Shown here in pieces: positions 39,201-54,000 of a DNA stretch of 64,000 bases. Under the pieces are notes generated by a model that did no database searches, was not told the DNA's origin, and saw nothing but the letters and a program-made list of their open reading frames with translations. A program made the translations under genes and the position numbers. This DNA comes from the human T2T-CHM13v2.0 reference genome, Homo sapiens. Each line of letters begins with the position of its first letter. Position 1 is the stretch's first letter. The DNA lies in the NCBI RefSeq assembly GCF_009914755.1, contig NC_060944.1; one strand, 5' to 3'.

Positions 39201-42200
39201 ATAGATCAGATTTGAAACCCTCTTTTTGTAGAGTCTGCAAGTGCATATTTGGATAGCTTTGAGGATTTCATTGGAATCGGGAATATCTTCCCATAAAAAC
39301 TAGAAAGAAGCATTCTCAGAAATTTCTTTGTGATGCTTGCATTCAACTCACAGAGTTGAACATTCCCTTTCATACAGCAGTTTGGAAACACTCTTTTTGT
39401 AGTGTCTGGAAGTGGACCTTTGGAGCGCTTTGAGGCCTAGGGTGAAAAAGGAAATATCCTCACCTAAAAACTAGACAGAAGCATTCTCAGAAACTTCTTT
39501 GTGGTGTGTGTAGGCAACTCACAGAGTTGAACCTTTCTTTTGATACAGCAGTTTTGAAACACTCTTTTTGTAGAATCTGCAAGTGGTTATTTTGATAGCT
39601 TTGAGGCTTTCACTGGAAACGGGAATGTCTTCACATAAAAACTAGACAGAAGCATTCTCAGAAACTTCTTTATGAAGTTTGCATTCAACTCACAGAGTTG
39701 AACTTTCCGTTCCATACAGCAGTTTTGAAACTCTCTTTTTCTAGAATCTGTAAGTGGAAACTTGGAGCGCTTCGAGGCCTATGGTGAAAAAGGGAATATC
39801 TTCCCCTAAAAAGTAGACAGAAGAATTCTCAGTAACTACTTTGTGATGTGTGTACTCAACTCACGGAGTTGAACTTTTCTTTTGAAAGAGAAGTTTTGAA
39901 ACACCCTTTTTGTAGAATCTGCAAATGGGTATGTAGCCTGCTTTGAGGCCTTCATTGGAAACGGGAATATCTTCACATAAAACTAGACAGAAGCATTCTC
40001 AGAAACTTCGTTGTGATGTGTGCATTCAACTCCCAGAGTTGAACCTCTCTTTTGATAGAGCAGTTCTGAAACAATCTTTTTGTGGTATCCGGAAGTGGAC
40101 GTTTGGAGCGATTTGAGGCCTATGGTGAAAAAGGCAATATCTTCACCTAAAAACTAGACAGAAGCATCCTCAGAAACTGCTTTGTGATATGTGTAGTCAA
40201 CTCACGGAGTTGAAACTTGGTTTTGATGCAGCAGTTTTGAGACACTCTTTTGTTAGAATCTTCAAGTGGATATTTGGATAGCTTTGAGGCTTTCATTGGA
40301 AACGGGAATATCTACAGATAAGAACTAGACAGAAGCATTCTCAGAAAGTTCTTTATGAAGTTCGCATTCAACTCACAGAGTTGTACCTTCCTTTTCACAC
40401 AGCAGTTTTGAGACATTCTTTTTGTAGATTCTGCAAGTGGACATTTGGAGTGATTTGAGACATAGGGTGAAAAAGGAATATCTTCTCATAAAAAGTAGAC
40501 AGAAGCATTCTCAGAAACGAGTTTCTGATTTGTGTACTCAACTCACAGAGTTAAACCTTTCCTATGATACAGCAGTTTGGAAACACTCTTCTTGTAGAAT
40601 TGACAAGCGGATATAAGGACAGCAGTGAGGATTTCATCGGAAACGGAATATCTTCACATAAAAGTAGACAGAAGCATTCTCAGAAAGTTCTGTGTAATGT
40701 GTGCATTCAACTCACAGAGTTGAAACTTTCTTTTGATAGAGCAGATTGGAATCCCTCTTTTTGTAGAATTTGCAAGTGGATATCTAGACAGCTTTGAGGC
40801 CTTCCCTGGAAACGAGTGTATCTTCACATAAACACTAGACAGAAGCATCCTCAGAAACTTGTTGGTGATGCTTGCATTCAACTCACAGAATTGAACATTT
40901 CTTTTCCTAGAGCAGTTTTGAAACACTCCTTTTGTAGTATCTGGAAGTGGAGATTTGGAGCACTTTGAGGCCTAGGGTGAAAAAGGAAATAGCTTCACAT
41001 AAAAACTAGACAGAAGCATTCTCTGAAACTTCTTTGTGATGTGTGTACTCAACTCACAGAGTTGAACTTATCTTCTCATAGATCAGATTTGAAACCCTCT
41101 TTTTGTAGAGTCTGCAAGTGCATATTTGGATAGCTTTGAGGATTTCATTGGAATCGGGAATATCTTCCCATAAAAACTAGAAAGAAGCATTCTCAGAAAT
41201 TTCTTTGTGATGCTTGCATTCAACTCACAGAGTTGAACATTCCCTTTCATACAGCAGTTTGGAAACACTCTTTTTGTAGTGTCTGGAAGTGGACCTTTGG
41301 AGCGCTTTGAGGCCTAGGGTGAAAAAGGAAATATCCTCACCTAAAAACTAGACAGAAGCATTCTCAGAAACTTCTTTGTGGTGTGTGTAGGCAACTCACA
41401 GAGTTGAACCTTTCTTTTGATACAGCAGTTTTGAAACACTCTTTTTGTAGAATCTGCAAGTGGTTATTTTGATAGCTTTGAGGCTTTCACTGGAAACGGG
41501 AATGTCTTCACATAAAAACTAGACAGAAGCATTCTCAGAAACTTCTTTATGAAGTTTGCATTCAACTCACAGAGTTGAACTTTCCGTTCCATACAGCAGT
41601 TTTGAAACTCTCTTTTTCTAGAATCTGTAAGTGGAAACTTGGAGCGCTTCGAGGCCTATGGTGAAAAAGGGAATATCTTCCCCTAAAAAGTAGACAGAAG
41701 AATTCTCAGTAACTACTTTGTGATGTGTGTACTCAACTCACGGAGTTGAACTTTTCTTTTGAAAGAGAAGTTTTGAAACACCCTTTTTGTAGAATCTGCA
41801 AATGGTTATGTAGCCTGCTTTGAGACCTTCATTGGAAACGGGAATATCTTCACATAAAACTAGACAGAAGCATTCTCAGAAACTTCGTTGTGATGTGTGC
41901 ATTCAACTCCCAGAGTTGAACCTCTCTTTTGATAGAGCAGTTCTGAAACAATCTTTTTGTGGTATCTGGAAGTGGACGTTTGGAGCGATTTGAGGCCTAT
42001 GGTGAAAAAGGCAATATCTTCACCTAAAAACTAGACAGAAGCATCCTCAGAAACTGCTTTGTGATATGTGTAGTCAACTCACGGAGTTGAAACTTTGTTT
42101 TGATGCAGCAGTTTTGAGACACTCTTTTGTTAGAATCTTCAAGTGGATATTTGGATAGCTTTGAGGCTTTCATTGGAAACGGGAATATCTACAGATAAGA

Positions 42201-45200
42201 ACTAGACAGAAGCATTCTCAGAAAGTTCTTTATGAAGTTCGCATTCAACTCACAGAGTTGTACCTTCCTTTTCACACAGCAGTTTCGAGACATTCTTTTT
42301 GTAGATTCTGCAAGTGGACATTTGGAGTGATTTGAGACATAGGGTGAAAAAGGAATATCTTCTCATAAAAAGTAGACAGAAGCATTCTCAGAAACGAGTT
42401 TCTGATTTGTGTACTCAACTCACAGAGTTAAACCTTTCCTATGATACTGCAGTTTGGAAACACTCTTGTTGTAGAATTTACAAGCGGATATAAGGACAGC
42501 AGTGAGGATTTCATCGGAAACGGAATATATTCACATAAAAGTAGACAGAAGCATTCTCAGAAAGTTCTGTGTAATGTGAGCATTCAACTCACAGAGTTGA
42601 AACTTTCTTTTGATAGAGCAGATTGGAATCCCTCTTTTTGTAGAATTTGCAAGTGGATATCTAGACAGCTTTGAGGCCTTCCCTGGAAACGAGTGTATCT
42701 TCACATAAACACTAGACAGAAGCATCCTCAGAAACTTGTTGGTGATGCTTGCATTCAACTCACAGAATTGAACATTTCTTTTCCTAGAGCAGTTTTGAAA
42801 CACTCTTTTTGTAGTATCTGGAAGTGGAGATTTGGAGCACTTTGAGGCCTAGGGTGAAAAAGGAAATAGCTTCACATAAAAACTAGACAGAAGCATTCTC
42901 TGAAACTTCTTTGTGATGTGTGTACTCAACTCACAGAGTTGAACTTATGTTCTCATAGATCAGATTTGAAACCCTCTTTTTGTAGAGTCTGCAAGTGCAT
43001 ATTTGGATAGCTTTGAGGATTTCATTGGAATCGGGAATATCTTCCCATAAAAACTAGAAAGAAGCATTCTCAGAAATTTCTTTGTGATGCTTGCATTCAA
43101 CTCACAGAGTTGAACATTCCCTTTCATACAGCAGTTTGGAAACACTCTTTTTGTAGTGTCTGGAAGTGGACCTTTGGAGCGCTTTGAGGCCTAGGGTGAA
43201 AAACGAAATATCCTCACCTAAAAACTAGACAGAAGCATTCTCAGAAACTCCTTTGTGATGTGTGTAGTCAACTCACAGAGTTGAACCTTTCTTTTGATAC
43301 AGCAGTTTTGAAACACTCTTTTTGTAGAATCTGCAAGTGGTTATTTTGATAGCTTTGAGGCTTTCACTGGAAACGGGAATGTCTTCACATAAAAACTAGA
43401 CAGAAGCATTCTCAGAAACTTCTTTATGAAGTTTGCATTCAACTCACAGAGTTGAACTTTCCGTTCCATACAGCAGTTTTGAAACTCTCTTTTTCTAGAA
43501 TCTGTAAGTGGAAACTTGGAGCGCTTCGAGGCCTATGGTGAAAAAGGGAATATCTTCCCATAAAAAGTAGACAGAAGAATTCTCAGTAACTACTTTGTGA
43601 TGTGTGTACTCAACTCACGGAGTTGAACTTTTCTTTTGAAAGAGAAGTTTTGAAACACCCTTTTTGTAGAATCTGCAAATGGGTATGTAGCCTGCTTTGA
43701 GGCCTTCATTGGAAACGGGAATATCTTCACATAAAACTAGACAGAAGCATTCTCAGAAACTTCGTTGTGATGTGTGCATTCAACTCCCAGAGTTGAACCT
43801 CTCTTTTGATAGAGCAGTTCTGAAACAATCTTTTTGTGGTATCCGGAAGTGGACGTTGGGAGCGATTTGAGGCCTATGGTGAAAAAGGCAATATCTTCAC
43901 CTAAAAACTAGACAGAAGCATCCTCAGAAACTGCTTTGTGATATGTGTAGTCAACTCACGGAGTTGAAACTTGGTTTTGATGCAGCAGTTTTGAGACACT
44001 CTTTTGTTAGAATCTTCAAGTGGATATTTGGATAGCTTTGAGGCTTTCAATGGAAACGGGAATATCTACACATAAGAATTAGACAGAAGCATTCTCAGAA
44101 AGTTCTTTATGAAGTTCGCATTCAACTCACAGAGTTGTACCTTCCTTTTCACACAGCAGTTTTGAGACATTCTTTTTGTAGATTCTGCAAGTGGACATTT
44201 GGAGTGATTTGAGACATAGGGTGAAAAAGGAATATCTTCTCATAAAAAGTAGACAGAAGCATTCTCAGAAACGAGTTTCCGATTTGTGTACTCAACTCAC
44301 AGAGTTAAACCTTTCCTATGATACAGCAGTTTGGAAACACTCTTCTTGTAGAATTTACAAGCGGATATAAGGACAGCAGTGAGGATTTCATCGGAAACGG
44401 AATATCTTCACATAAAAGTAGACAGAAGCATTCTCAGAAAGTTCTGTGTAATGGGTGCATTCAACTCACAGAATTGAAACTTTCTTTTGATAGAGCAGAT
44501 TGGAATCCCTCTTTTTGTAGAATTTGCAAGTGGATATCTAGACAGCTTTGAGGCCTTCCCTGGAAACGAGTGTATCTTCACATAAACACTAGACAGAAGC
44601 ATCCTCAGAAACTTGTTGGTGATGCTTGCATTCAACTCACAGAATTGAACATTTCTTTCCCTAGAGCAGTTTTGAAACACTCTTTTTGTAGTATCTGGAA
44701 GTGGACATTTGGAGCACTTTGAGGCCTAGGGTGAAAAAGGAAATAGCTTCACATAAAAACTAGACAGAAGCATTCTCTGAAACTTCTTTGTGATGTGTGT
44801 ACTCAACTCACAGAGTTGAACTTATCTTCTCATAGATCAGATTTGAAACCCTATTTTTGTAGAGTCTGCAAGTGCATATTTGGATAGCTTTGAGGATTTC
44901 ATTGGAATCCGGAATATCTTCCCATAAAAACTAGAAAGAAGCATTCTCAGAAATTTCTTTGTGATGCTTGCATTCAACTCACAGAGTTGAACATTCCCTT
45001 TCATACAGCAGTTTGGAAACACTCTTTTTGTAGTGTCTGGAAGTGGACCTTTGGAGCGCTTTGAGGCCTAGGGTGAAAAAGGAAATATCCTCACCTAAAA
45101 ACTAGACAGAAGCATTCTCAGAAACTTCTTTGTGGTGTGTGTAGGCAACTCACAGAGTTGAACCTTTCTTTTGATACAGCAGTTTTGAAACACTCTTTTT

Positions 45201-46818
45201 GTAGAATCTGCAAGTGGTTATTTTGATAGCTTTGAGGCTTTCACTGGAAACGGGAATGTCTTCACATAAAAACTAGACAGAAGCATTCTCAGAAACTTCT
45301 TTATGAAGTTTGCATTCAACTCACAGAGTTGAACTTTCCGTTCCATACAGCAGTTTTGAAACTCTCTTTTTCTAGAATCTGTAAGTGGAAACTTGGAGCG
45401 CTTCGAGGCCTATGGTGAAAAAGGGAATATCTTCCCCTAAAAAGTAGACAGAAGAATTCTCAGTAACTACTTTGTGATGTGTGTACTCAACTCACGGAGT
45501 TGAACTTTTCTTTTGAAAGAGAAGTTTTGAAACACCCTTTTTGTAGAATCTGCAAATGGGTATGTAGCCTGCTTTGAGGCCTTCATTGGAAACGGGAATA
45601 TCTTCACATAAAACTAGACAGAAGCATTCTCAGAAACTTCGTTGTGATGTGTGCATTCAACTCCCAGAGTTGAACCTCTCTTTTGATAGAGCAGTTCTGA
45701 AACAATCTTTTTGTGGTATCCGGAAGTGGACGTTTGGAGCGATTTGAGGCCTATGGTGAAAAAGGCAATATCTTCACCTAAAAACTAGACAGAAGCATCC
45801 TCAGAAACTGCTTTGTGATATGTGTAGTCAACTCACGGAGTTGAAACTTGGTTTTGATGCAGCAGTTTTGAGACACTCTTTTGTTAGAATCTTCAAGTGG
45901 ATATTTGGATAGCTTTGAGGCTTTCATTGGAAACGGGAATATCTACAGATAAGAACTAGACAGAAGCATTCTCAGAAAGTTCTTTATGAAGTTCGCATTC
46001 AACTCACAGAGTTGTACCTTCCTTTTCACACAGCAGTTTCGAGACATTCTTTTTGTAGATTCTGCAAGTGGACATTTGGAGTGATTTGAGACATAGGGTG
46101 AAAAAGGAATATCTTCTCATAAAAAGTAGACAGAAGCATTCTCAGAAACGAGTTTCTGATTTGTGTACTCAACTCACAGAGTTAAACCTTTCCTATGATA
46201 CAGCAGTTTGGAAACACTCTTCTTGTAGAATTTACAAGCGGATATAAGGACAGCAGTGAGGATTTCATCGGAAACGGAATATCTTCACATAAAAGTAGAC
46301 AGAAGCATTCTCAGAAAGTTCTGTGTAATGTGTGCATTCAACTCACAGAGTTGAAACTTTCTTTTGATAGAGCAGATTGGAATCCCTCTTTTCGTAGAAT
46401 TTGCAAGTGGATATCTAGACAGCTTTGAGGCCTTCCCTGGAAACGAGTGTATCTTCACATAAACACTAGACAGAAGCATCCTCAGAAACTTGTTGGTGAT
46501 GCTTGCATTCAACTCACAGAATTGAACATTTCTTTTCCTAGAGCAGTTTTGAAACACTCTTTTTGTAGTATCTGGAAGTGGACATTTGGAGCACTTTGAG
46601 GCCTAGGGTGAAAAAGGAAATAGCTTCACATAAAAACTAGACAGAAGCATTCTCTGAAACTTCTTTGTGATGTGTGTACTCAACTCACAGAGTTGAACTT
46701 ATCTTCTCATAGATCAGATTTGAAACCCTCTTTTTGTAGAGTCTGCAAGTGCATATTTGGATAGCTTTGAGGATTTCATTGGAATCGGGAATATCTTCCC
46801 ATAAAAACTAGAAAGAAG

Positions 46819-48011
46819 CATTCTCAGAAATTTCTTTGTGATGCTTGCATTCAACTCACAGAGTTGAACATTCCCTTTCATACAGCAGTTTGGAAACACT
46901 CTTTTTGTAGTATCTGGAAGTGGACCTTTGGAGCGCTTTGAGGTCTCGGGTGAAAAAGGAAATATCCTCACCTAAAAACTAGACAGAAGCATTCTCAGAA
47001 ACTTCTTTGTGATGTGTGTAGTCAACTCACAGAGTTGAACCTTTCTTTTCATACAGCAGTTTTGAAACACTCTTTTTGTAGAATCTGCAAGTGGTTATTT
47101 TGATAGCTTTGAGGCTTTCATTGGAAACGGGAATATCTACAGATAAGAACTAGACAGAAGCATTCTCAGAAAGTTCTTTATGAAGTTCGCATTCAACTCA
47201 CAGAGTTGTACCTTCCTTTTCACACAGCAGTTTTGAGACATTCTTTTTGTAGATTCTGCAAGTGGACATTTGGAGTGATTTGAGACATAGCGTGAAAAAG
47301 GAATATCTTCCAATAAAAAGTAGACAGAAGCATTCTCAGAAAAGAGTTTCTGATTTGTGTACTCAACCCACAGAGTTAAACCTTTCCTATGATACATCAG
47401 TTTGGAAACACTCTTCTTGTAGAATTTACAAGCGGATATAAGGACAGTAGTGAGGATTTCATCGGAAACGGAATATCTTCACATAAAATAGACAGAAGCA
47501 TTCTCAGAAAGTTCTGTGTAATGTGTGCATTCAACTCACAGAGTTGAAACTTTCTTTTGATAGAGCAGATTGGAATCCCTCTTTTTGTAGAATTTGCAAG
47601 TGGATATCTAGACAGCTTTGAGGCCTTCCCTGGAAACGAGTGTTTCTTCACATAAACACTAGACAGAAGCATCCTCAGAAACTTGTTGGTGATGCTTGCA
47701 TTCAACTCACAGAATTGAACATTTCTTTTCCTAGAGCAGTTTTGAAACACTCTTTTTGTAGTATCTGGAAGTGGACATTTGGAGCACTTTGAGGCCTAAG
47801 GTGAAAAAGGAAATATCTTCACATAAAAACTAGACAGAAGCATTCTCTGAAACTTCTTTGTGATGTGTGTACTCAACTCACAGAGTTGAACTTATCTTCT
47901 CATAGATCAGATTTGAAACCCTCTTTTTGTAGAGTCTGCAAGTGCATATTTGGATAGCTTTGAGGATTTCATTGGAAACGGGAATATCTTCCCATAAAAA
48001 CTAGAAAGAAG
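46819..48011 (+). repeat. 7-mer structural variant of the 11-mer (1,193 bp; m2/m6 hybrid, 684 bp deleted)
   Basis: Marker spacing 46714->47907; m2-type gtggttattttgatag is joined to m6-type aatatctacagataagaac at ~47102-47134. Confidence 0.95.
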
Positions 48012-51000
48012 CATTCTCAGAAATTTCTTTGTGATGTTTGCATTCAACTCACAGAGTTGAACATTCCCTTTCATACAGCAGTTTTGAAACACTCTTTTTG
48101 TAGTATCTGGAAGTGGACCTTTGGAGCGCTTTGAGGCCTAGGGTGAAAAAGGAAATATCCTCACCTAAAAACTAGACAGAAGCATTCTCAGAAACTTCTT
48201 TGTGATGTGTGTAGTCAACTCACAGAGTTGAACCTTTCTTTTGATACAGCAGTTTTGAAACACTCTTTTTGTAGAATCTGCAAGTGGTTATTTTGATAGC
48301 TTTGAGGCTTTCACTGGAAACGGGAATGTCTTCACATAAAAACTAGACAGAAGCATTCTCAGAAACTTCTTTATGAAGTTTGCATTCAACTCACAGAGTT
48401 GAACTTTCCGTTCCATACAGCAGTTTTGAAACTCTCTTTTTCTAGAATCTGTAAGTGGAAACTTGGAGCGCTTCGAGGCCTATGGTGAAAAAGGGAATAT
48501 CTTCCCCTAAAAAGTAGACAGAAGAATTCTCAGTAACTACTTTGTGATGTGTGTACTCAACTCACGGAGTTGAACTTTTCTTTTGAAAGAGAAGTTTTGA
48601 AACACCCTTTTTGTAGAATCTGCAAATGGGTATGTAGCCTGCTTTGAGGCCTTCATTGGAAACGGGAATATCTTCACATAAAACTAGACAGAAGCATTCT
48701 CAGAAACTTCGTTGTGATGTGTGCATTCAACTCCCAGAGTTGAACCTCTCTTTTGATAGAGCAGTTCTGAAACAATCTTTTTGTGGTATCCGGAAGTGGA
48801 CGTTGGGAGCGATTTGAGGCCTATGGTGAAAAAGGCAATATCTTCACCTAAAAACTAGACAGAAGCATCCTCAGAAACTGCTTTGTGATATGTGTAGTCA
48901 ACTCACGGAGTTGAAACTTTGTTTTGATGCAGCAGTTTTGAGACACTCTTTTGTTAGAATCTTCAAGTGGATATTTGGATAGCTTTGAGGCTTTCATTGG
49001 AAACGGGAATATCTACACATAAGAACTAGACAGAAGCATTCTCAGAAAGTTCTTTATGAAGTTCGCATTCAACTCACAGAGTTGTACCTTCCTTTTCACA
49101 CAGCAGTTTCGAGACATTCTTTTTGTAGATTCTGCAAGTGGACATTTGGAGTGATTTGAGACATAGGGTGAAAAAGGAATATCTTCTCATAAAAAGTAGA
49201 CAGAAGCATTCTCAGAAACGAGTTTCTGATTTGTGTACTCAACTCACAGAGTTAAACCTTTCCTATGATACAGCAGTTTGGAAACACTCTTCTTGTAGAA
49301 TTTACAAGCGGATATAAGGACAGCAGTGAGGATTTCATCGGAAACGGAATATCTTCACATAAAAGTAGACAGAAGCATTCTCAGAAAGTTCTGTGTAATG
49401 TGTGCATTCAACTCACAGAGTTGAAACTTTCTTTTGATAGAGCAGATTGGAATCCCTCTTTTTGTAGAATTTGCAAGTGGATATCTAGACAGCTTTGAGG
49501 CCTTCCCTGGAAACGAGTGTATCTTCACATAAACACTAGACAGAAGCATCCTCAGAAACTTGTTGGTGATGCTTGCATTCAACTCACAGAATTGAACATT
49601 TCTTTTCCTAGAGCAGTTTTGAAACACTCTTTTTGTAGTATCTGGAAGTGGAGATTTGGAGCACTTTGAGGCCTAGGGTGAAAAAGGAAATAGCTTCACA
49701 TAAAAACTAGACAGAAGCATTCTCTGAAACTTCTTTGTGATGTGTGTACTCAACTCACAGAGTTGAACTTATCTTCTCATAGATCAGATTTGAAACCCTC
49801 TTTTTGTAGAGTCTGCAAGTGCATATTTGGATAGCTTTGAGGATTTCATTGGAATCGGGAATATCTTCCCATAAAAACTAGAAAGAAGCATTCTCAGAAA
49901 TTTCTTTGTGATGCTTGCATTCAACTCACAGAGTTGAACATTCCCTTTCATACAGCAGTTTGGAAACACTCTTTTTGTAGTGTCTGGAAGTGGACCTTTG
50001 GAGCGCTTTGAGGCCTAGGGTGAAAAAGGAAATATCCTCACCTAAAAACTAGACAGAAGCATTCTCAGAAACTTCTTTGTGATGTGTGTAGTCAACTCAC
50101 AGAGTTGAACCTTTCTTTTGATACAGCAGTTTTGAAACACTCTTTTTGTAGAATCTGCAAGTGGTTATTTTGATAGCTTTGAGGCTTTCACTGGAAACGG
50201 GAATGTCTTCACATAAAAACTAGACAGCAGCATTCTCAGAAACTTCTTTATGAAGTTTGCATTCAACTCACAGAGTTGAACTTTCCGTTCCATACAGCAG
50301 TTTTGAAACTCTCTTTTTCTAGAATCTGTAAGTGGAAACTTGGAGCGCTTCGAGGCCTATGGTGAAAAAGGGAATATCTTCCCCTAAAAAGTAGACAGAA
50401 GAATTCTCAGTAACTATTTGTGATGTGTGTACTCAACTCACGGAGTTGAACTTTTCTTTTGAAAGAGAAGTTTTGAAACACCCTTTTTGTAGGATCTGCA
50501 AATGGGTATGTAGCCTGCTTTGAGGCCTTCATTGGAAACGGGAATATCTTCACATAAAACTAGACAGAAGCATTCTCAGAAACTTCGTTGTGATGTGTGC
50601 ATTCAACTCCCAGAGTTGAACCTCTCTTTTGATAGAGCAGTTCTGAAACAATCTTTTTGTGGTATCCGGAAGTGGACGTTGGGAGCGATTTGAGGCCGAT
50701 GGTGAAAAAGGCAATATCTTCACCTAAAAACTAGACAGAAGCATCCTCAGAAACTGCGTTGTGATATGTGTAGTCAACTCACGGAGTTGAAACTTGGTTT
50801 TGATGCAGCAGTTTTGAGACACTCTTTTGTTAGAATCTTCAAGTGGATATTTGGATAGCTTTGAGGCTTTCAATGGAAACGGGAATATCTACACATAAGA
50901 ACTAGACAGAAGCATTCTCACAAAGTTCTTTATGAAGTTCGCATTCAACTCACAGAGTTGTACCTTCCTTTTCACACAGCAGTTTTGAGACATTCTTTCT

Positions 51001-54000
51001 GTAGATTCTGCAAGTGGACATTTGGAGTGATTTGAGACATAGGGTGAAAAAGGAATATCTTCTCATAAAAAGTAGACAGAAGCATTCTCAGAAACGAGTT
51101 TCTGATTTGTGTACTCAACTCACAGAGTTAAACCTTTCCTATGATACAGCAGTTTGGAAACACTCTTCTTGTAGAATTTACAAGCGGATATAAGGACAGC
51201 AGTGAGGATTTCATCGGAAACGGAATATCTTCACATAAAAGTAGACAGAAGCATTCTCAGAAAGTTCTGTGTAATGTGTGCATTCAACTCACAGAGTTGA
51301 AACTTTCTTTTGATAGAGCAGATTGGAATCCCTCTTTTTGTAGAATTTGCAAGTGGATATCTAGACAGCTTTGAGGCCTTCCCTGGAAACGAGTGTATCT
51401 TCACATAAACACTAGACAGAAGCATCCTCAGAAACTTGTTGGTGATGCTTGCATTCAACTCACAGAATTGAACATTTCTTTTCCTAGAGCAGTTTTGAAA
51501 CACTCTTTTTGTAGTATCTGGAAGTGGAGATTTGGAGCACTTTGAGGCCTAGGGTGAAAAAGGAAATAGCTTCACATAAAAACTAGACAGAAGCATTCTC
51601 TGAAACTTCTTTGTGATGTGTGTACTCAACTCACAGAGTTGAACTTATCTTCTCATAGATCAGATTTGAAACCCTCTTTTTGTAGAGTCTGCAAGTGCAT
51701 ATTTGGATAGCTTTGAGGATTTCATTGGAATCGGGAATATCTTCCCATAAAAACTAGAAAGAAGCATTCTCAGAAATTTCTTTGTGATGCTTGCATTCAA
51801 CTCACAGAGTTGAACATTCCCTTTCATACAGCAGTTTGGAAACACTCTTTTTGTAGTGTCTGGAAGTGGACCTTTGGAGCGCTTTGAGGCCTAGGGTGAA
51901 AAAGGAAATATCCTCACCTAAAAACTAGACAGAAGCATTCTCAGAAACTTCTTTGTGGTGTGTGTAGGCAACTCACAGAGTTGAACCTTTCTTTTGATAC
52001 AGCAGTTTTGAAACACTCTTTTTGTAGAATCTGCAAGTGGTTATTTTGATAGCTTTGAGGCTTTCACTGGAAACGGGAATGTCTTCACATAAAAACTAGA
52101 CAGAAGCATTCTCAGAAACTTCTTTATGAAGTTTGCATTCAACTCACAGAGTTGAACTTTCCGTTCCATACAGCAGTTTTGAAACTCTCTTTTTCTAGAA
52201 TCTGTAAGTGGAAACTTGGAGCGCTTCGAGGCCTATGGTGAAAAAGGGAATATCTTCCCCTAAAAAGTAGACAGAAGAATTCTCAGTAACTACTTTGTGA
52301 TGTGTGTACTCAACTCACGGAGTTGAACTTTTCTTTTGAAAGAGAAGTTTTGAAACACCCTTTTTGTAGAATCTGCAAATGGGTATGTAGCCTGCTTTGA
52401 GGCCTTCATTGGAAACGGGAATATCTTCACATAAAACTAGACAGAAGCATTCTCAGAAACTTCGTTGTGATGTGTGCATTCAACTCCCAGAGTTGAACCT
52501 CTCTTTTGATAGAGCAGTTCTGAAACAATCTTTTTGTGGTATCCGGAAGTGGACGTTTGGAGCGATTTGAGGCCTATGGTGAAAAAGGCAATATCTTCAC
52601 CTAAAAACTAGACAGAAGCATCCTCAGAAACTGCTTTGTGATATGTGTAGTCAACTCACGGAGTTGAAACTTTGTTTTGATGCAGCAGTTTTGAGACACT
52701 CTTTTGTTAGAATCTTCAAGTGGATATTTGGATAGCTTTGAGGCTTTCATTGGAAACGGGAATATCTACAGATAAGAACTAGACAGAAGCATTCTCAGAA
52801 AGTTCTTTATGAAGTTCGCATTCAACTCACAGAGTTGTACCTTCCTTTTCACACAGCAGTTTTGAGACATTCTTTTTGTAGATTCTGCAAGTGGACATTT
52901 GGAGTGATTTGAGACATAGGGTGAAAAAGGAATATCTTCTCATAAAAAGTAGACAGAAGCATTCTCAGAAACGAGTTTCTGATTTGTGTACTCAACTCAC
53001 AGAGTTAAACCTTTCCTATGATACAGCAATTTGGAAACACTCTTCTTGTAGAATTTACAAGCGGATATAAGGACAGCAGTGAGGATTTCATCGGAAACGG
53101 AATATCTTCACATAAAAGTAGACAGAAGCATTCTCAGAAAGTTCTGTGTAATGTGAGCATTCAACTCACAGAGTTGAAACTTTCTTTTGATAGAGCAGAT
53201 TGGAATCCCTCTTTTTGTAGAATTTGCAAGTGGATATCTAGACAGCTTTGAGGCCTTCCCTGGAAACGAGTGTATCTTCACATAAACACTAGACAGAAGC
53301 ATCCTCAGAAACTTGTTGGTGATGCTTGCATTCAACTCACAGAATTGAACATTTCTTTTCCTAGAGCAGTTTTGAAACACTCTTTTTGTAGTATCTAGAA
53401 GTGGACATTTGGAGCACTTTGAGGCCTAGTGTGAAAAAGGAAATATCTTCACATAAAAACTAGACAGAAGCATTCTATGAAACTTCTTTGTGATGTGTGT
53501 ACTCAACTCACAGAGTTGAACTTATCTTCTCATAGATCAGATTTGAAACCCTCTTTTTGTAGAGTCTGCAAGTGCATATTTGGAAAGCTTTGAGGATTTC
53601 ATTGGAATCGGGAATATCTTCCCATAAAAACTAGAAAGAAGCATTCTCAGAAATTTCTTTGTGATGCTTGCATTCAACTCACAGAGTTGAACATTCCCTT
53701 TCATACAGCAGTTTGGAAACACTCTTTTTGTAGTGTCTGGAAGTGGACCTTTGGAGCGCTTTGAGGCCTAGGGTGAAAAAGGAAATATCCTCACCTAAAA
53801 ACTAGACAGAAGCATTCTCAGAAACTTCTTTGTGATGTGTGTAGTCAACTCACAGAGTTGAACCTTTCTTTTGATACAGCAGTTTTGAAACACTCTTTTT
53901 GTAGAATCTGCAAGTGGTTATTTTGATAGCTTTGAGGCTTTCACTGGAAACGGGAATGTCTTCACATAAAAACTAGACAGCAGCATTCTCAGAAACTTCT

